A stretch of 63,146 nucleotides of DNA, counting the filler, from Rhabdomonas costata (Eukaryota): NCBI GenBank assembly GCA_019059605.1. It is 40 parts of 40 records of this genome, joined end to end, with 100 filler letters (N's around TTAATTAATTAA, not from the genome) between each part and the next. Parts side by side here need not be neighbours in the genome. Positions count along the whole stretch, not along the records: positions 34,797 to 36,277 come from JAHMHO010014834.1; positions 36,378 to 37,858 come from JAHMHO010014835.1; positions 37,959 to 39,439 come from JAHMHO010014836.1; positions 39,540 to 41,020 come from JAHMHO010014837.1; positions 41,121 to 42,601 come from JAHMHO010014838.1; positions 42,702 to 44,183 come from JAHMHO010014839.1; positions 44,284 to 45,763 come from JAHMHO010014840.1; positions 45,864 to 47,343 come from JAHMHO010014841.1; 32 more parts are not named here. One strand, given 5' to 3'. Below, in pieces: positions 34,880 through 47,537 of the stretch. The position numbers and the translations under genes were made by a program. The notes under the pieces are model-generated. The model made no database searches. It saw nothing but the letters and a program-made list of their open reading frames with translations, and was not told the origin of the DNA. The stretch's first letter is position 1, and every line of letters begins with the position of its first letter.

Positions 34880-36270
34880 TGACCTCAGATCTGGCGAATG
34901 TGCCCTCGCGGCGTTAATCTGTGACTGCTGTGGGGCAGTAAAAATTACACTCCTCGATGGAACTGTTGCTGCCAGAGTTGGTCCTGACGACGTCGCTGAA
35001 AAAGAATTCGGCACTCATGGCAATGAAACCAAAGCGCTTGCTCCACCAAACGAAAATCTCGGCACCACCTCTTTTCCTTTATCGGCCGGCGTGAGAAACG
35101 CCGTACTGCCAGAAAAAGGCGTGTATCCATAGGGCATCGCATCCAACTTAATGCCTGCCATCTCTGTTACCACCGGTTTTTGCAACGACGACTCGGTAAA
35201 TGCAACAACGACTTGTGGTGGGGGTCTAGGCTTCCGAAAGTAGTCTACCACACGCGCACCAACCTTGCTCTTCATCAAGCTTGAATTTGCAAATTTTTAT
35301 TGGTCTCTTCTCATGCAGGTCGTTGTTTTGGTTACTTTTCCATCAAATCCTCCAACCCGCAGTCTGTGTTTGGCACCGCTCGGATGTTCGTACTCTTCTA
35401 TTCTTGAGCAACGCACTTTTGAATGCATCTTACCTTCAATTAGCCCGTTGTTTTCTGAAACATGTGGAAGTTTTTCGACAATCTTTTGCTCGCACACACC
35501 GACCCCAACTTCTTTGTCTACGCCGGGGCGTTTGCCGCGCACCTCATCATTTCTTCCGTGTTGTTGGTAAGTCCAAAATCCTCTCTGGTTCCATCTCCAC
35601 ATCAATGGTTTGGAAAGGAGCTCTGTTGCCATTGGATCTCCAATACACCTGCTGCTTTCCTCAGGCGCTTCTCCATCTTTGGTTCCTCAGTTGCACTAGC
35701 TTTTCAACCTGACCTCTTCAGCGTTTGTTGGGCACACTGCAGTTGATCTGCTCTCTCTCAAGTGTATCCGCACCCTTTCTTCTGCTTATGGTCTCCTTGA
35801 TTCCTCTACTCGCACCTGCCTCCTTCCACGGAACATTTGGCGCTAAATTCTATTTGTATGTTTCTACTCCATCCGCTCACTCCACCGGAATCCATTCCAC
35901 CACCGATATGCATGCATTTGCTCTTTTGACATGTCTCCCATATTTCGCCCACCACATTCCTTTGACACCAGGAAGCGCGATCCCTCCTATGTGGACTCTC
36001 AACAGACGGCTGAGCTGTATGCTATCGTTCATGCTCTCCTGCAAGCCTCTCTGCGTAAGTTCTCTCACATTTGTCTTGTCACAGACAACTTCTCTGCATT
36101 CTTCTCCACAGTTCACGGCAGCTTCTCTGCGCCACTGGACGCGCGTTCGTATTCTTAGGCGCATTAATCGGATTTGCCTTTCTCACAATCTACAACTGCA
36201 ACTGGCGCTCACAAACTCACACAATAATCCGGCTGACCCACAATAATCCGGCTGACCACTTTTCCCCCAA
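34880..36270 (+). mobile_element. Degenerate tyrosine-recombinase (DIRS/Ngaro/VIPER-TATE-like) retrotransposon RT-RNase H
   Basis: Ordered motifs across frameshifts: LICDC..V; FIKLEFANFYWS; APLGCSYS; FFDNLLL (YxDD position); LLVSPKSSLVPS..WFGKE; then RNase H QQTAELYAIVHAL..LVTDN..NPADHFS. Confidence 0.75.
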
Positions 36271-36411
36271 CCCCCCCNNNNNNNNNNNNNNNNNNNNNNN
36301 NNNNNNNNNNNNNNNNNNNNNTTAATTAATTAANNNNNNNNNNNNNNNNNNNNNNNNNNNNNNNNNNNNNNNNNNNNTGGGGTGTGTTTGGGTGGGGGGG
36401 GTGGCGCTAAC

Positions 36412-36569
36412 CTCGGGTTTGCTGATCAGCCGCTTGACCAGTCGAAGACGGGCAGCCGGGTTGAGAGCGGCGTAGTTTGCGTCCACCTTCAGCCCAGTGG
36501 AGGTGAAAGCGTTGAGCTGGACCCACTCCGTGGACTTCTCCTCCAGTGTGGGGCACGGGGTGCTCCAGT
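36412..36569 (-). CDS. GC3-rich exon of an unassigned protein
   Basis: AG/GT bounded; reads DWSTPCPTLEEKSTEWVQLNAFTSTGLKVDANYAALNPAARLRLVKRLISKPE. It cannot be phased canonically onto the upstream fucosyltransferase. Confidence 0.5.
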
Positions 36570-37076
36570 CTGAGCAGAGAAAACAAACCCGCCCGCATAG
36601 CCACATGCCGCACGGACGTCAAAATGCTTTGCCTTTTGACATGCACTGCCAAAAGAGTTCCAAAACGCACGTGCCATTTAATTTTTCGCCTCAGCCGCTC
36701 GCTCCGGTCAGCAAGGGGCAGATCAGCCCGTACCCTGTGGTGTCCAGTCATTGAGCATATCCCAACAACCTTGTCAACCGAGCTCGTTGGTATCCCAAAG
36801 CACCTGAACTTCGCCCTTGTCTTGATTTGAGTCTCTTTTCAAGCCAAGTTTTTACATTTTTGGTCTAAATTTGGGTTTTCAAGAGTTTTATAGGGGAGAA
36901 ACTGGTGTTTAGTGTGCACTAGATTGCTCGCAATCCTACTTTTTGAGTTCGCCAAATAAAAGTGTATGCAGCTATATCATCACTCATCATCCATATCTGC
37001 GCTTGCAAATCAGCGTCAGAGGTTTTATGCGCGGGCAGCTCTATGAACAGGTCGTGCAACGAGAGACACCGGAAGA

Positions 37077-37843
37077 CTAGTACACGGCTTCCTCGTCGGT
37101 CTTCAGGAAGCCGCACATCCCCGCAGTGACCGAGAACTGGCTGGAGAACATCACCAGCCCACTTGCCCCGCTGAGCACGTACCAGTCCACAAAGACCTCG
37201 ACAATGCTGCGGCGCATGCTTTCCGACTGCGCCGCGGATCTCTCCACGTTGTCGTGGTGCACCGTTCCAGCGGCAATGTACCGCACCTAAAGAAAAACCC
37301 TCAGCATATTTTCAGTGAATCCCAAAAAGGTCCAATGCGAACCGCTTAGAAAGTAAAAAATCCAAATGATGCAAGGCAATACTCAGAAAACATGGCTTCA
37401 AAGAAGTCACATGCAATGCAGCCGTTTTTTATACCACTTTTCATATTTGAGAGATGACTTGAATGTGCGCGACCCAAAAGCCTTCCTGCTTACCCATGTT
37501 TTCAGCCGACGAAGGCCTCCACTGGGGGCACACAATGCGCTCGAATCCACCGAGTGTCACCCTCTGATAAGCAACCACCCCCCTCTGATCAGCAGGCTCA
37601 CACCTGCTAAAAAGCGCACAATATGTGTCTTTATAAGCACAGGGAACGTGACATTTTGGAAAACCCACAATATCACTGAGAGTCAATTCAAAACGATTCT
37701 GCACTTGCACGCGTGCGCACACCTTGGAGCCGTACATCTTCCGGGCCATCTCCTTGGCAAGACTGTCATCGCTGGTGAGGTACCAGGGCGTTGCGGAGCC
37801 AAGCCGCAGATCCTTCTCAAGCCTCCATGCCCTCTCAAAACCC
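37077..37843 (-). CDS. Fucosyltransferase of the alpha-1,2/alpha-1,6/O-FucT superfamily (C-terminal part, 2 exons)
   Basis: Exons 37843-37723 (WYLTSDD, motif II) and 37286-37077 (VFVDWYVLSGASGLVMFSSQFSVTA, motif III). GT-AG phase-0 intron. Confidence 0.7.
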
Positions 37844-38619
37844 CTGAAACCCAACCCCNNNNNNNNNNNNNNNNNNNNNNNNNNNNNNNNNNNNNNNNNN
37901 NNTTAATTAATTAANNNNNNNNNNNNNNNNNNNNNNNNNNNNNNNNNNNNNNNNNNNNGTTGTGTGGTACTCCCCTCGAAGCTAAAAGGTCCAGCGCATT
38001 TTTTAGCTCCGAAGTCCACAAAATGACAAATTTATAGTGCCTTTTTCGGTTGTGATTCCTTGAGGTGAGGCAGAAAATATTTCCTGCTTCACTTCAAAAC
38101 TGAGAGGTTAAAAAACGTTTCCAAAAAGTGGACATTTCGGACTTACAGAGGTTTTTATATGGGAGATTTCGTTTTTCACCCTTATTTTCATAATGAAATG
38201 CACCTATGGCAGCTTTTTTTTTCAAATTTGTGTGGGGTGCATTGGGCGCCGTTTTTATCGCAGAAAAACACCTATGCTTCGAAGAATTCCCCATATTTTG
38301 CTGACAGTCGTTTCTTTTAGGCAATTGAAGGTAGACTTTCATTTTTATGTGCTTTTTTCGTCAAAGTCTAGTCTGTTTGATGTGGGTGGGTGGGTAACTC
38401 ACTTTTGAGGTGAGGGTTTTTTCTCAAGACAGGAATTTTTCCAAAAAAAAACGAACGCAATGTTTCGCCCCCCCCCCCCACCTGGAGATGTACACGCTGA
38501 GGCATACACTATCGACCTCACCGGGAAGACCGGCTCTCCCTCTTGCAAATTCTTCATATCAGCTTTGTACGTATAAAAGCGGAAGTGGTGGGCAAATGAT
38601 ATAGAGCAGTGCCCCGAAC

Positions 38620-39379
38620 CGGCTCCACATCCTCCAGAAAGCACTTCAGCTGGGTTTCCGTGGGGTTAATGTTCAGCGAGCGGATGATCGTGCCAAGCTC
38701 GCGCTTGTCACACAGCCCGCTGTTGTCACGCTCAAATAGCATGAAGGCCTGAGAGGTAACATGGACTTGACGCCATGCCCGAAATGCAAGTCAGGGGGGG
38801 GGGACGGCATTCAGGAGAGGCATGCCAATATCTACAGCGTATTTGGCCATTTCTACAACACTGAGAATAGCCTGCGAGCAGGCTTTCAAAACGCTCTCAC
38901 TGACCATTTGCGTAGGCCCCACTTTTCAGCAAAACCCAGCCGAAGAGAGCAGAAGAAATATAGGACGGGCATGGGGAGCATCTCCTTCAACAGGCGTCGA
39001 CAGTAATTTTCTCTCCAGGTATTCAATTGGATTGAAGTAATTTCCGAAACGTTCGCCGGAAAACTGAAAATAGGTACCCAGAGCAATACCCCGGCCTTGG
39101 GAATCCCGCCAGAAATGGGCGTGACGCACGGATACATTTGGGGCTGGAGTTGGGAAGCATGCTGACCCGAAAAAGCCACTGAAAACCGGAAGAACGCACC
39201 TCACGGATCCTCTTGGTGAGCATCTCCCGGCGCTTCTCCCGGGCCAGCGGGGTGACATAGAACATCTCATCGATGAGCTCGTCCGGGGTGGCCTCCGAGG
39301 GCCCACCCTTCTTGCCCTTCTTGGGCTTCCCCTTCGAGGCATCGCCCTCCTTGCCCTTGCCCTTCGCCTTTGGGGGCAT
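38620..39379 (-). CDS. EFCAB2: EF-hand protein, dynein regulatory complex subunit DRC8/EFCAB2-like (5' part, 2 exons)
   Basis: Exons 39379-39200 (MPPKAKGK..KRIRE) and 38748-38620 (AFMLFERDNSGLCDKRELGTIIRSLNINPTETQL). GT-AG phase-0 intron. Confidence 0.75.
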
Positions 39380-40091
39380 TCCCACAAAACACCCGAAGCC
39401 AACACACCACCATCCAAGAACGCGGCAACGTAAACGCATNNNNNNNNNNNNNNNNNNNNNNNNNNNNNNNNNNNNNNNNNNNNTTAATTAATTAANNNNN
39501 NNNNNNNNNNNNNNNNNNNNNNNNNNNNNNNNNNNNNNNTGTGGTGGGGGTAAGGGGAGCAAGAAGCCACTGGGGAGAAACTAGACCCAGATCGTGGGTG
39601 CGCAGTGCACCACAGCAATGCATAGCTCTGTGAAAAGAAGGTTTGTGTGTGCGCATGTGTGTGGGGGTGAGTAAAGGCCATGCACCATGACCACCATGAC
39701 AATCCTATAGTCATCTGATCAGTGAGTGCACGGAGATGTAAGAGTTCAATGTTGGAATAAATCAATCCACGCAGACGTATCCACACACAGCGCAAAAAGC
39801 AGTGTTGCAGATACTTGCGGTCGACAGCACTGTACAAAGATGCACAGACAGTTTCCTCAGAAACGGTCTTTGCACCATCACAACACAAAATTGAGTCCGC
39901 TGCGACACCAGGAAGAGACGGCCTCCGCACCAGCAAACATTTTTTAAAAACAACAGCGTGCAGGGGGAGCCTGCATTCCTTTCTTCGTTCCAGGAAGGAC
40001 ACAAAAACCAAAATAAAAGATATGCCACTAAAATGCCTGGAAAATATTGGTGTCCCCACGCCCGCATAACCCCACCCGAAGCTGCGAAGGA

Positions 40092-41020
40092 CTATCCCTG
40101 AGAACCAAGGGGAAGGTCTTCCCCTTCCTCCTCCCCTCCCTGGGACAAACTGCTCGGGGGAAGGATCATAGCCCGGACCAGGGTCTTTCGCAGCGAGGAC
40201 AGCGTCACGGGCTTGCCCAGGAAGAAGTTCATCCCACTTGCCGCGCACCGCTCCTCGTCTTCCTCGGACACTCCCGCGGTCAGGGCGACGATGGGAGCGG
40301 CCTGAAACTGCGGCAGCTCCCGAATTCTCTGCGAGGCCTCGTAGCCATCCATCACAGGCTGAAAAGTGAAAGGGCAAAATGTCATTGAAATAATGGTCCG
40401 TCCATAACCTTAAGTTCAGAGAGGCAACGTATCAGTTGCGGTAAGAATTCGAATCAGCAATACTTGGAGATGAGACTCTCTCTACAGCTGGCTTTGACAC
40501 TGGAGCGCGACCGAAAATAGTGTCTTCAGCGCATCCCACACCCTTTGCTTTGTTCACTTTCGTCAATTCAAACTAGAGCATCACGAAACCTTTTCGGGCG
40601 GAGTGAAAACCAGTTTCCCCCACAACGACAACTGAATATGGTGAGAGGACTTCGACGTTGTTTTCCTAAAAGCTGAGTTCGAACAGGCCCCGGGCATTTT
40701 TATGTAACGTGGGCTTTGACGTAGCAGACGAAGCTTTTGAGAAGCGCTATATACCTTTCCAATGAAGCGACCAGCGATCACAGACGCCCCAAAGACAATG
40801 ACTGCGCGAAAAATTTGAATCCGAGACCGACCGCAGAAAGGAAAACACACCATATGGCAGTCCATGAATACTATATCAAACGTCCGCTCTCTGCATTTCG
40901 CGAGGGCCTCGGCGCCGTTACTAGCAACCTCGTGACCAACATCCCACTGGTCCAGCATGCGGCACAGAACCATCTGATTCACCTTCAGGTCACCCACAAC
41001 AACTGCTTGCTTGTACCCAA
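40092..41020 (-). CDS. C-terminal response-regulator receiver domain, hybrid histidine kinase type (2 exons)
   Basis: ..VNQMVLCRML..ASNGAEAL..FDIVFMDCHM (exon ends 40851) | PVMDGYEASQRIR..PIVALTA..GMNFFLGKP..* (40358-40092). Phosphoacceptor D and the conserved T and K are present. Confidence 0.92.
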
Positions 41021-42108
41021 NNNNNNNNNNNNNNNNNNNNNNNNNNNNNNNNNNNNNNNNNNNNTTAATTAATTAANNNNNNNNNNNNNNNNNNNNNNNN
41101 NNNNNNNNNNNNNNNNNNNNTCAGTGGAGGAAGGTTAGAAGCGGGGGCAGGACATTCGTGACACGTTCATAACAAAAGACAGGGGAGACAAGTATAATGG
41201 AGTACCAGGAGGCGGAGTCACATTTAAGCCAAGGGAGCGGACGAGAGGAAGTGGAAGAAGACCAGCGACCGAAAGGTCAGTGGTGAGAACACAAAAAACC
41301 CATACAAAAAAGCACGTGAGCTGTGAGAAATAGAAAGAGAACGGAAAATACTTTTTGATTTGCGGCGGGAACAAAATATAAAAAAGTTTATTCGATTGCC
41401 AGGACGAGGCACATCGGCTCATGCGCGGCTGGACTTCAGACCCAAGGGGTGCTTTCATACAGAGATTTTGCTTGAAGCACAGAGCAAAAAACATGCCAAT
41501 AGAACGGAATGGAAAGACTAGTAATCAAAAAAAAACTCTGCAAATGATGGTGCACGAATGATATTTATCGGTTTCCTCCAACTATGAGACACCTTGAACA
41601 GGTGCAGCGGTGCAAGAAAGCCTGCTTCGAGCTTTGGAGTTGGTGTGGTGAAACAATGCGGTCTTCTGGGAAGGTATGTCGTGTAGGCATACCGTGGCCA
41701 CCCTAATTGTCACCCCCCGAGGCCTGCAACTCTTCTCAACAGGAAGCAACCACTCCCGCCACCAATCCACGGCAAGATCTCTTGGAGAATCGAGCCAATA
41801 CATCCAGTAAGTGCAATACTCAGCCTTTCTTCGTCATCCGCAACCGACGCGGACGTGCTCCCCTGTGGGACACCCGGCTCCTCATCCAACGCTGGTGAAG
41901 GGCACTCGCACCAGCGGCCCAAAAGACGTTCCTCAATACCGAGCGTGGAGTTTCGGCTTTGGGCGACGTCATTGCTGCAGCTGCTGCAACTGAAGCACTG
42001 AGGCACTTCAGTTCCAAAGTCTTCCAGTAAACTCGCCACTGAATCCGTTCCTTGCAGCTCCGACAGCAAGGCGTCCGCAGCAGCGTTCTTGCCAGAACCC
42101 CCACGCCC

Positions 42109-42459
42109 TTATGTTCGGTAGCCATTCATCACCGTTCCATTTCTCAGCACTGTAAAGGAGTCCAGCACAGCGGCGTCCACGCTGCGCACGAAGCGGAACT
42201 GAAACCTCTCAGCCGTGGCCCGGACATGAGCAAAGCCAACAAAGGAGTGCCTCCGTACCGACCACGGTGGCACGATCCGTGTGAAGGTTTGCGGAGTGGT
42301 GAGCTTTCCCCCTGTGCCGACTAAGACGCTGATCGGGCCCCCATTGGGTAAGCAGTGGCTGCGGAGTACCGGGCATGTGCGCTCGTAGTTGTGAACGTGG
42401 CCCCAAAGGGTAAGGGTGACACGATACTTCTCGAGCAGGGGCTCCAGTACACGTTTGAG
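42109..42459 (-). CDS. Purple acid phosphatase, terminal exon
   Basis: LEPLLEKYRVTLTLWGHVHNYERTCPV..GPISVLVGTGG..WSVRR..VGF..DSFTVLR; GHxH metal motif present. Confidence 0.9.
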   Translation of the reverse strand, partial: LKRVLEPLLEKYRVTLTLWGHVHNYERTCPVLRSHCLPNGGPISVLVGTGGKLTTPQTFTRIVPPWSVRRHSFVGFAHVRATAERFQFRFVRSVDAAVLDSFTVLRNGTVMNGYRT

Positions 42460-42703
42460 CTGCGAGAGAAAAGAAGCTGGGAGAGGAAAGGGCACAAACC
42501 GGGGGCCCACTCAGCCGCGGTAAAAACCACAACCGGACTTATGAAAAACCGTGCCATTAAACCTGAGCCTAGACCTCCAAACAAAGCGATTAAAAAACAA
42601 ANNNNNNNNNNNNNNNNNNNNNNNNNNNNNNNNNNNNNNNNNNNNTTAATTAATTAANNNNNNNNNNNNNNNNNNNNNNNNNNNNNNNNNNNNNNNNNNN
42701 NGG

Positions 42704-42829
42704 GTTTTGTGATCCAGATCTTCTGGGGATCGGGGAATGAAATTGACATGCTCAGATGTTGCTCATGGAATAGCATACTGTACATGTCAATTTCATTCCC
42801 CGATCCCCAGAAGATCTGGATCACAAAAC
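42704..42829. repeat. Perfect 47-bp inverted repeat with 32-nt spacer
   Basis: 42704-42750 is the exact reverse complement of 42783-42829. Confidence 0.92.
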
Positions 42830-43129
42830 ATTCTTGGCATGACATGAAGACTTGAATCCCCACTTCGACGTTTCTTCCAATTGCTGCTGTTGAAGCTCTC
42901 GGTTATTTCGGGAAGAGTTATCCCGATATTTTCCAGTTCGAGTTTTTGCACTTGCTTTTCGGCGGCCCAGAGATCCCCGGGGTCACAGATTTAACACCCT
43001 TGCTCCTCGCTGTCAGCGAGCGTGTACGCCACGGCCGAGCGCAGAAGACAGGGACCTCAAGAGGGCAGCGCGACATGCGACAACACGCACATGCACACAC
43101 GCGTACTCTCCCACCCCGTCTCTGTGCAG

Positions 43130-43570
43130 GCCGATGCCAGCTCTGGCGATGCTCCAGCGGAGCAAAGTGAACTCCCAGAAGACGCCACAAGGGAACTTCT
43201 GGAAGCTTTGGAAAAGCTGGACGAGCTGGAACGCCAGGTCCCCAGGGAAAGAGTGAGGTTTCCGTTTGGTCCTTTTTTTTTGGTAACGTATGGCTTGCTC
43301 CTGATTCCTGATTCCTGATTCGTTGGTATCGGGATAACTGAGAAGATTCCCGTCGCTGTCTGAAATAAAGGAGCGCTCGCACCAGGCGTCATAGGAGGGT
43401 CGATATTTCCTCGCGTTTTGTGTCGTTCGTTTAGCAGGGCTGAACTTTTTGTGTTCGCTGCTGCGTTGGCTCCTGCAGTGCCCGGGGTGGGGGGTGGGAG
43501 TTTGCAGGCCCGATATTTGGAGCAGGAGAACCGTGCTTTGGAAGGCTGCTTGCAGGAACTCAAAGCCAAG
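43130..43570 (+). CDS. Hypothetical coiled-coil protein (partial, 2 exons)
   Basis: Exons 43130-43237 (..ELLEALEKLDELERQ) and 43508-~43570 (ARYLEQENRALEGCLQELKAK). GT-AG phase-0 intron. Confidence 0.65.
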
Positions 43571-44324
43571 TGCGTGAGTTGTGAAGTTGTGTTGGGTTGC
43601 ACAGTGCCATGACTCGGGCGGGCGCGGGTGCAAATGGCAGGGGTTTAGGCAATTACAAGGGGAATATGCATATTAACGAATAGTTGCACTGATGTCTCAT
43701 GTCCACACACGCACATTCAATCTAGTGAATTCGGGTTGTGGGTGGTTCTTATGCTAGGTGGGGTGGCTATCTGAAAGCATTCGCTGCCACCTGGTGATAC
43801 ATCTACGGTCTTCCACTGATGATCGGTTTCCCGCTGAAAGCAGCAAAGTTTTTTCACCGGACCGAGGACCTGGCACGCCAGTGAACTACATATTTCGTAG
43901 GATGGTGGGGAGGGATGGCTCCTGAGTTTTGTACTTGATGTCAGCACCAGAGCGATTTGTGATGCTTCGTTGTGCACTGTCCTACAGACCTTATTGTCGG
44001 GCATTTTTAGGCCTTTTCTTTTCCGTGAAGAATTCATGTAGGCGCGCGCCATTCAGTCCACAGTGGTCACCTGCAGTCAGTCAAGCAACAGCCATCGCGC
44101 CATGCCCCCAGCACACACACACACACACACACACACACGTGGCGCCTTGGCGCGGTGTGCTGTGGCGTGTCCTTGTGCTTCTTNNNNNNNNNNNNNNNNN
44201 NNNNNNNNNNNNNNNNNNNNNNNNNNNTTAATTAATTAANNNNNNNNNNNNNNNNNNNNNNNNNNNNNNNNNNNNNNNNNNNNTTTGTGTGGTAGTGGGT
44301 AGACGGCGGGGGAGTGGGGCGGAC

Positions 44325-45241
44325 CTGCATATTATTCTCGGCATCCGGGTCCTCCTCGTCGTCCTCCTGAACGGAGGGACCGTCGGAGTCTCCTCGGAGC
44401 TGGTGAAGCAGGGCCTGGGGCACGTACCGGCGAACCAGCCTCAGGCTCTGCAGGATCTTCAAGCAGGACAGCTGCGTCGTGGTGGGGTCCTATATGCCCG
44501 GAAACGGCACAGAGCGGTGTGCTTTGCAGTTTAAATATGATCACATGGTAACCTGGAACAAGGGGGTTGGACTCGGACGCGTTTCTAGGCGTAATCCTAG
44601 GCGTAAGATCTGGGCCCATATAACTTTCGGGTCCCAGGGCAATCTGGCAGAGATTTACACGAAATAACTCGTAGTAGGGCCATTTCTTTTGCAATAAGTC
44701 CGAAAGCACCACCACAGAGCCACCTCAGCCCTAATCCACTCTAGGGCAGGGGACCGCTACACAAGACTACCTTATGGTGTGCGAATGAAGAAGCGAGCAG
44801 ATTTTGGACAAAAACCCCGACTTGCGGACCACAACAGTTTATGTTCTGACACAGGCATTCCAGAACATACGGAAAATCTACAAAAGGCCAAAAAATCAAA
44901 GTCCTGTGGAAAAATAGGAAGGAGGGTTGGGCAGAACGACCCAAACAACTTCAACTTCGTTCACCAAATTTATGTTATCCCGTTCAACGCAAGTGGTGAT
45001 TGAGACGCACAATTCCCGAAACCCCTCAAAGGGTGCAAAAAAAAAAGTCGAGCAGTATCCCTCCACAGATGGTAAAACGGACGATGGCAGGGGGTGGGTA
45101 GCGCAGTGTATGTGTACCTTGATCTCCTCCAGAAACGCCAGCTTCTCTAGGTCAAACGTCGCGATCGCCGCGCTTAGTTCCACCGCAACCTGCACGTCGT
45201 TGAGGCGCCTGTTGACCTCCAGCAGGCGCTTCTTCAGCTTC
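44325..45241 (-). CDS. Signalling protein fragment, possibly the linker upstream of a class III nucleotidyl cyclase-like domain (2 exons)
   Basis: Exons 45241-45118 (..ELSAAIATFDLEKLAFLEEIK) and 44489-44325 (DPTTTQLSCLKILQSLRLVRRYVPQALL). The exon structure is clear; the family call is a weak resemblance. Confidence 0.5.
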
Positions 45242-47450
45242 CTTGGGATACCATGGGAGACAGCTTGCCAGAATAAGCCGCGGCAAAAAGTGTTCTGAAA
45301 TTCCTTCTTCTGGCCGATTTCAAACATTCTCTGAACCGTTTGAATCATTCCACTTCGCGCGGAACCGTCCCGTCTGTTCATGATGTAAAAAACCCATCTT
45401 TTGCTCCGTTCAAGACTCTTGAAAACCTTGCCTTGGCAAGAAAGATACACTGCCTTCGACAGAAAAACCAGAAAAACTGAAGGACGCGTTTGGAAAAGCT
45501 ACTACCACCACCCAGCGCCATTTACCGCCGTCATTCGTACTCCCAACCCACATTCGCTTTCCTGCAGTGGAGACATTGTGAATGCGACAGATGTTGGAGT
45601 CCAAAAAGCCTATCAAAATGACTTGGAGGCAAAAGGGAGCCGTGCTACACAGCTCAGCGAACGATGCCGAAAAAAAAAGCGCCCTCTAGAGGCCTTTTCT
45701 TGGAAATTTTCTTGGAAATTAAAAAGCGCATTGGTGCACACGGGTGCAGAACTTCCGTAGCTTNNNNNNNNNNNNNNNNNNNNNNNNNNNNNNNNNNNNN
45801 NNNNNNNTTAATTAATTAANNNNNNNNNNNNNNNNNNNNNNNNNNNNNNNNNNNNNNNNNNNNGTTTTGTTGTGCACGGCATTTTCATCAAAAAAAACAT
45901 CAGGTGACACTTGGGCGTATAGCTGCTCTGTGGGGAACTGACTGTAGGCATCTAAACCGCACACCGTAGGAGGGCTTCCGGACACAAAACTGACTGAAGA
46001 ACTGAAGTGTGCTCAAGCAGTACACTAACGCACGGTAAGAGAAAGAGATTCTGGACAGAGTCCAGTTCAAAAAGGGAAACCGGCAAAGAAAAAGAGCAAT
46101 CGGGTCCGGGTCGGGGAAGGATCCCATACCCCCCGCGGCCGCAACAGCACGGAATGACGTACTCGCGCACGGTGCAAGCTGAGAGCCACAAAACGCGGGG
46201 ATGGCACACTCACACATAGCACACATAGTCCGATAAGAGGTCAACGCCAAATCGGACGGTGCGGAAACTATTAGACTGCCGATCCAAGTGATAAATGCAA
46301 GCAAAAAAAAAGCTCGACCCAGATGCCGTGTACTTGGGGGGGGGGTGACCGATCATCCAGAAAAAAAGCCAACTAACCACTGGCTGGAACCCAGATGAAC
46401 TGTCGGATTGCCTCAATATTCGTTTAAAGGAGCACGCAAAAAGCAGCCGAGCTTTCCAACTTCGCTTTTGCTATGCAATCCTCGCAATGTTGAGCAGCAG
46501 GGATGCACGCCCTGAAATATAAAAGCTCGTATGCGCTCACAGCAAGCTGAGACCAGAGCCAGATGACTACCTGGAGTAATGGATACGCAGGACCGAGAAC
46601 TTTCCTGAGCGCAAGCAGAGGTCAGAGCATTACGGTGCAGCCCCATATCATCGTGGGTCCATTCACAGGCACGAATTTCAACCCGACCCGGAGACATGTG
46701 TGTGGGATTCGCTTGTCCTATCCCACAATATTCAAATCCAAACAAACCAACAAATACAAAAAACCCGCGAAAGAGACCGACAAGGGGGGCTACTCTTGCG
46801 GCGTGGTTCTTCACGTGTCTTCGAATTCCTGACACCTACACGCGTACTCCGCAAGATAGCAACTACACAGCACATGCCATGTCTCCGCATCTGTTATCCA
46901 TTGTCCCAGACACCAGTCTCACATGTATGTGTGTGTCGCGCGCGTGGCGTGAAAAGTGAGGGGGGGGGTGGGGGCGAGGCACGCGCTGTGCACCAGCGGA
47001 GCGCCACTGGTAACAGAGGAGACCGTCGGCCTGCACAGAGAACCCCCAGAGAGACCCCCATTCTCCAGAAAAAAAAAGCCCAGACGCGCCGCAGAACAGC
47101 CTCCCCACAAGTGCTTCATACGTACCTCCACATATTTAGGGCGAGCCAACACACACGGCGGCGACCCAAAGGCCAAGGAATCAGCGACCAGGGGGCAAGC
47201 ACGGAAAACAGGAGAATATACGAAACGTACCACAAAAAAGGCCACATTGCCCATAAAAAATGCATAACGTATATAAAGCCTGTCTTCGCCGACCATACAT
47301 AAAGAACCAAACATGGGCTCCCCTGAGGCGCCCGTGACCAACANNNNNNNNNNNNNNNNNNNNNNNNNNNNNNNNNNNNNNNNNNNNTTAATTAATTAAN
47401 NNNNNNNNNNNNNNNNNNNNNNNNNNNNNNNNNNNNNNNNNNNGTTTGTT

Positions 47451-47537
47451 GGGAGTGAGGAAGGGGAGGGAAGTTTCCTTCCTCTCCATTTTTCAAGTTT
47501 GCAGTGGAAAGAAACTTCCCTCCCCTTCCTCACTTCC
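47451..47537. repeat. Inverted repeat with purine/pyrimidine arms
   Basis: agtgaggaaggggagggaagtttc (47454-47477) pairs perfectly with 47511-47534 and extends imperfectly both ways. Confidence 0.85.

Noticed and set aside
36570-36680. Possible fully noncanonical intron joining KIKW to STPCP through a TGG repeat
   Set aside because: No homology support and no euglenid-type CAG/CTG end pairing; too speculative.
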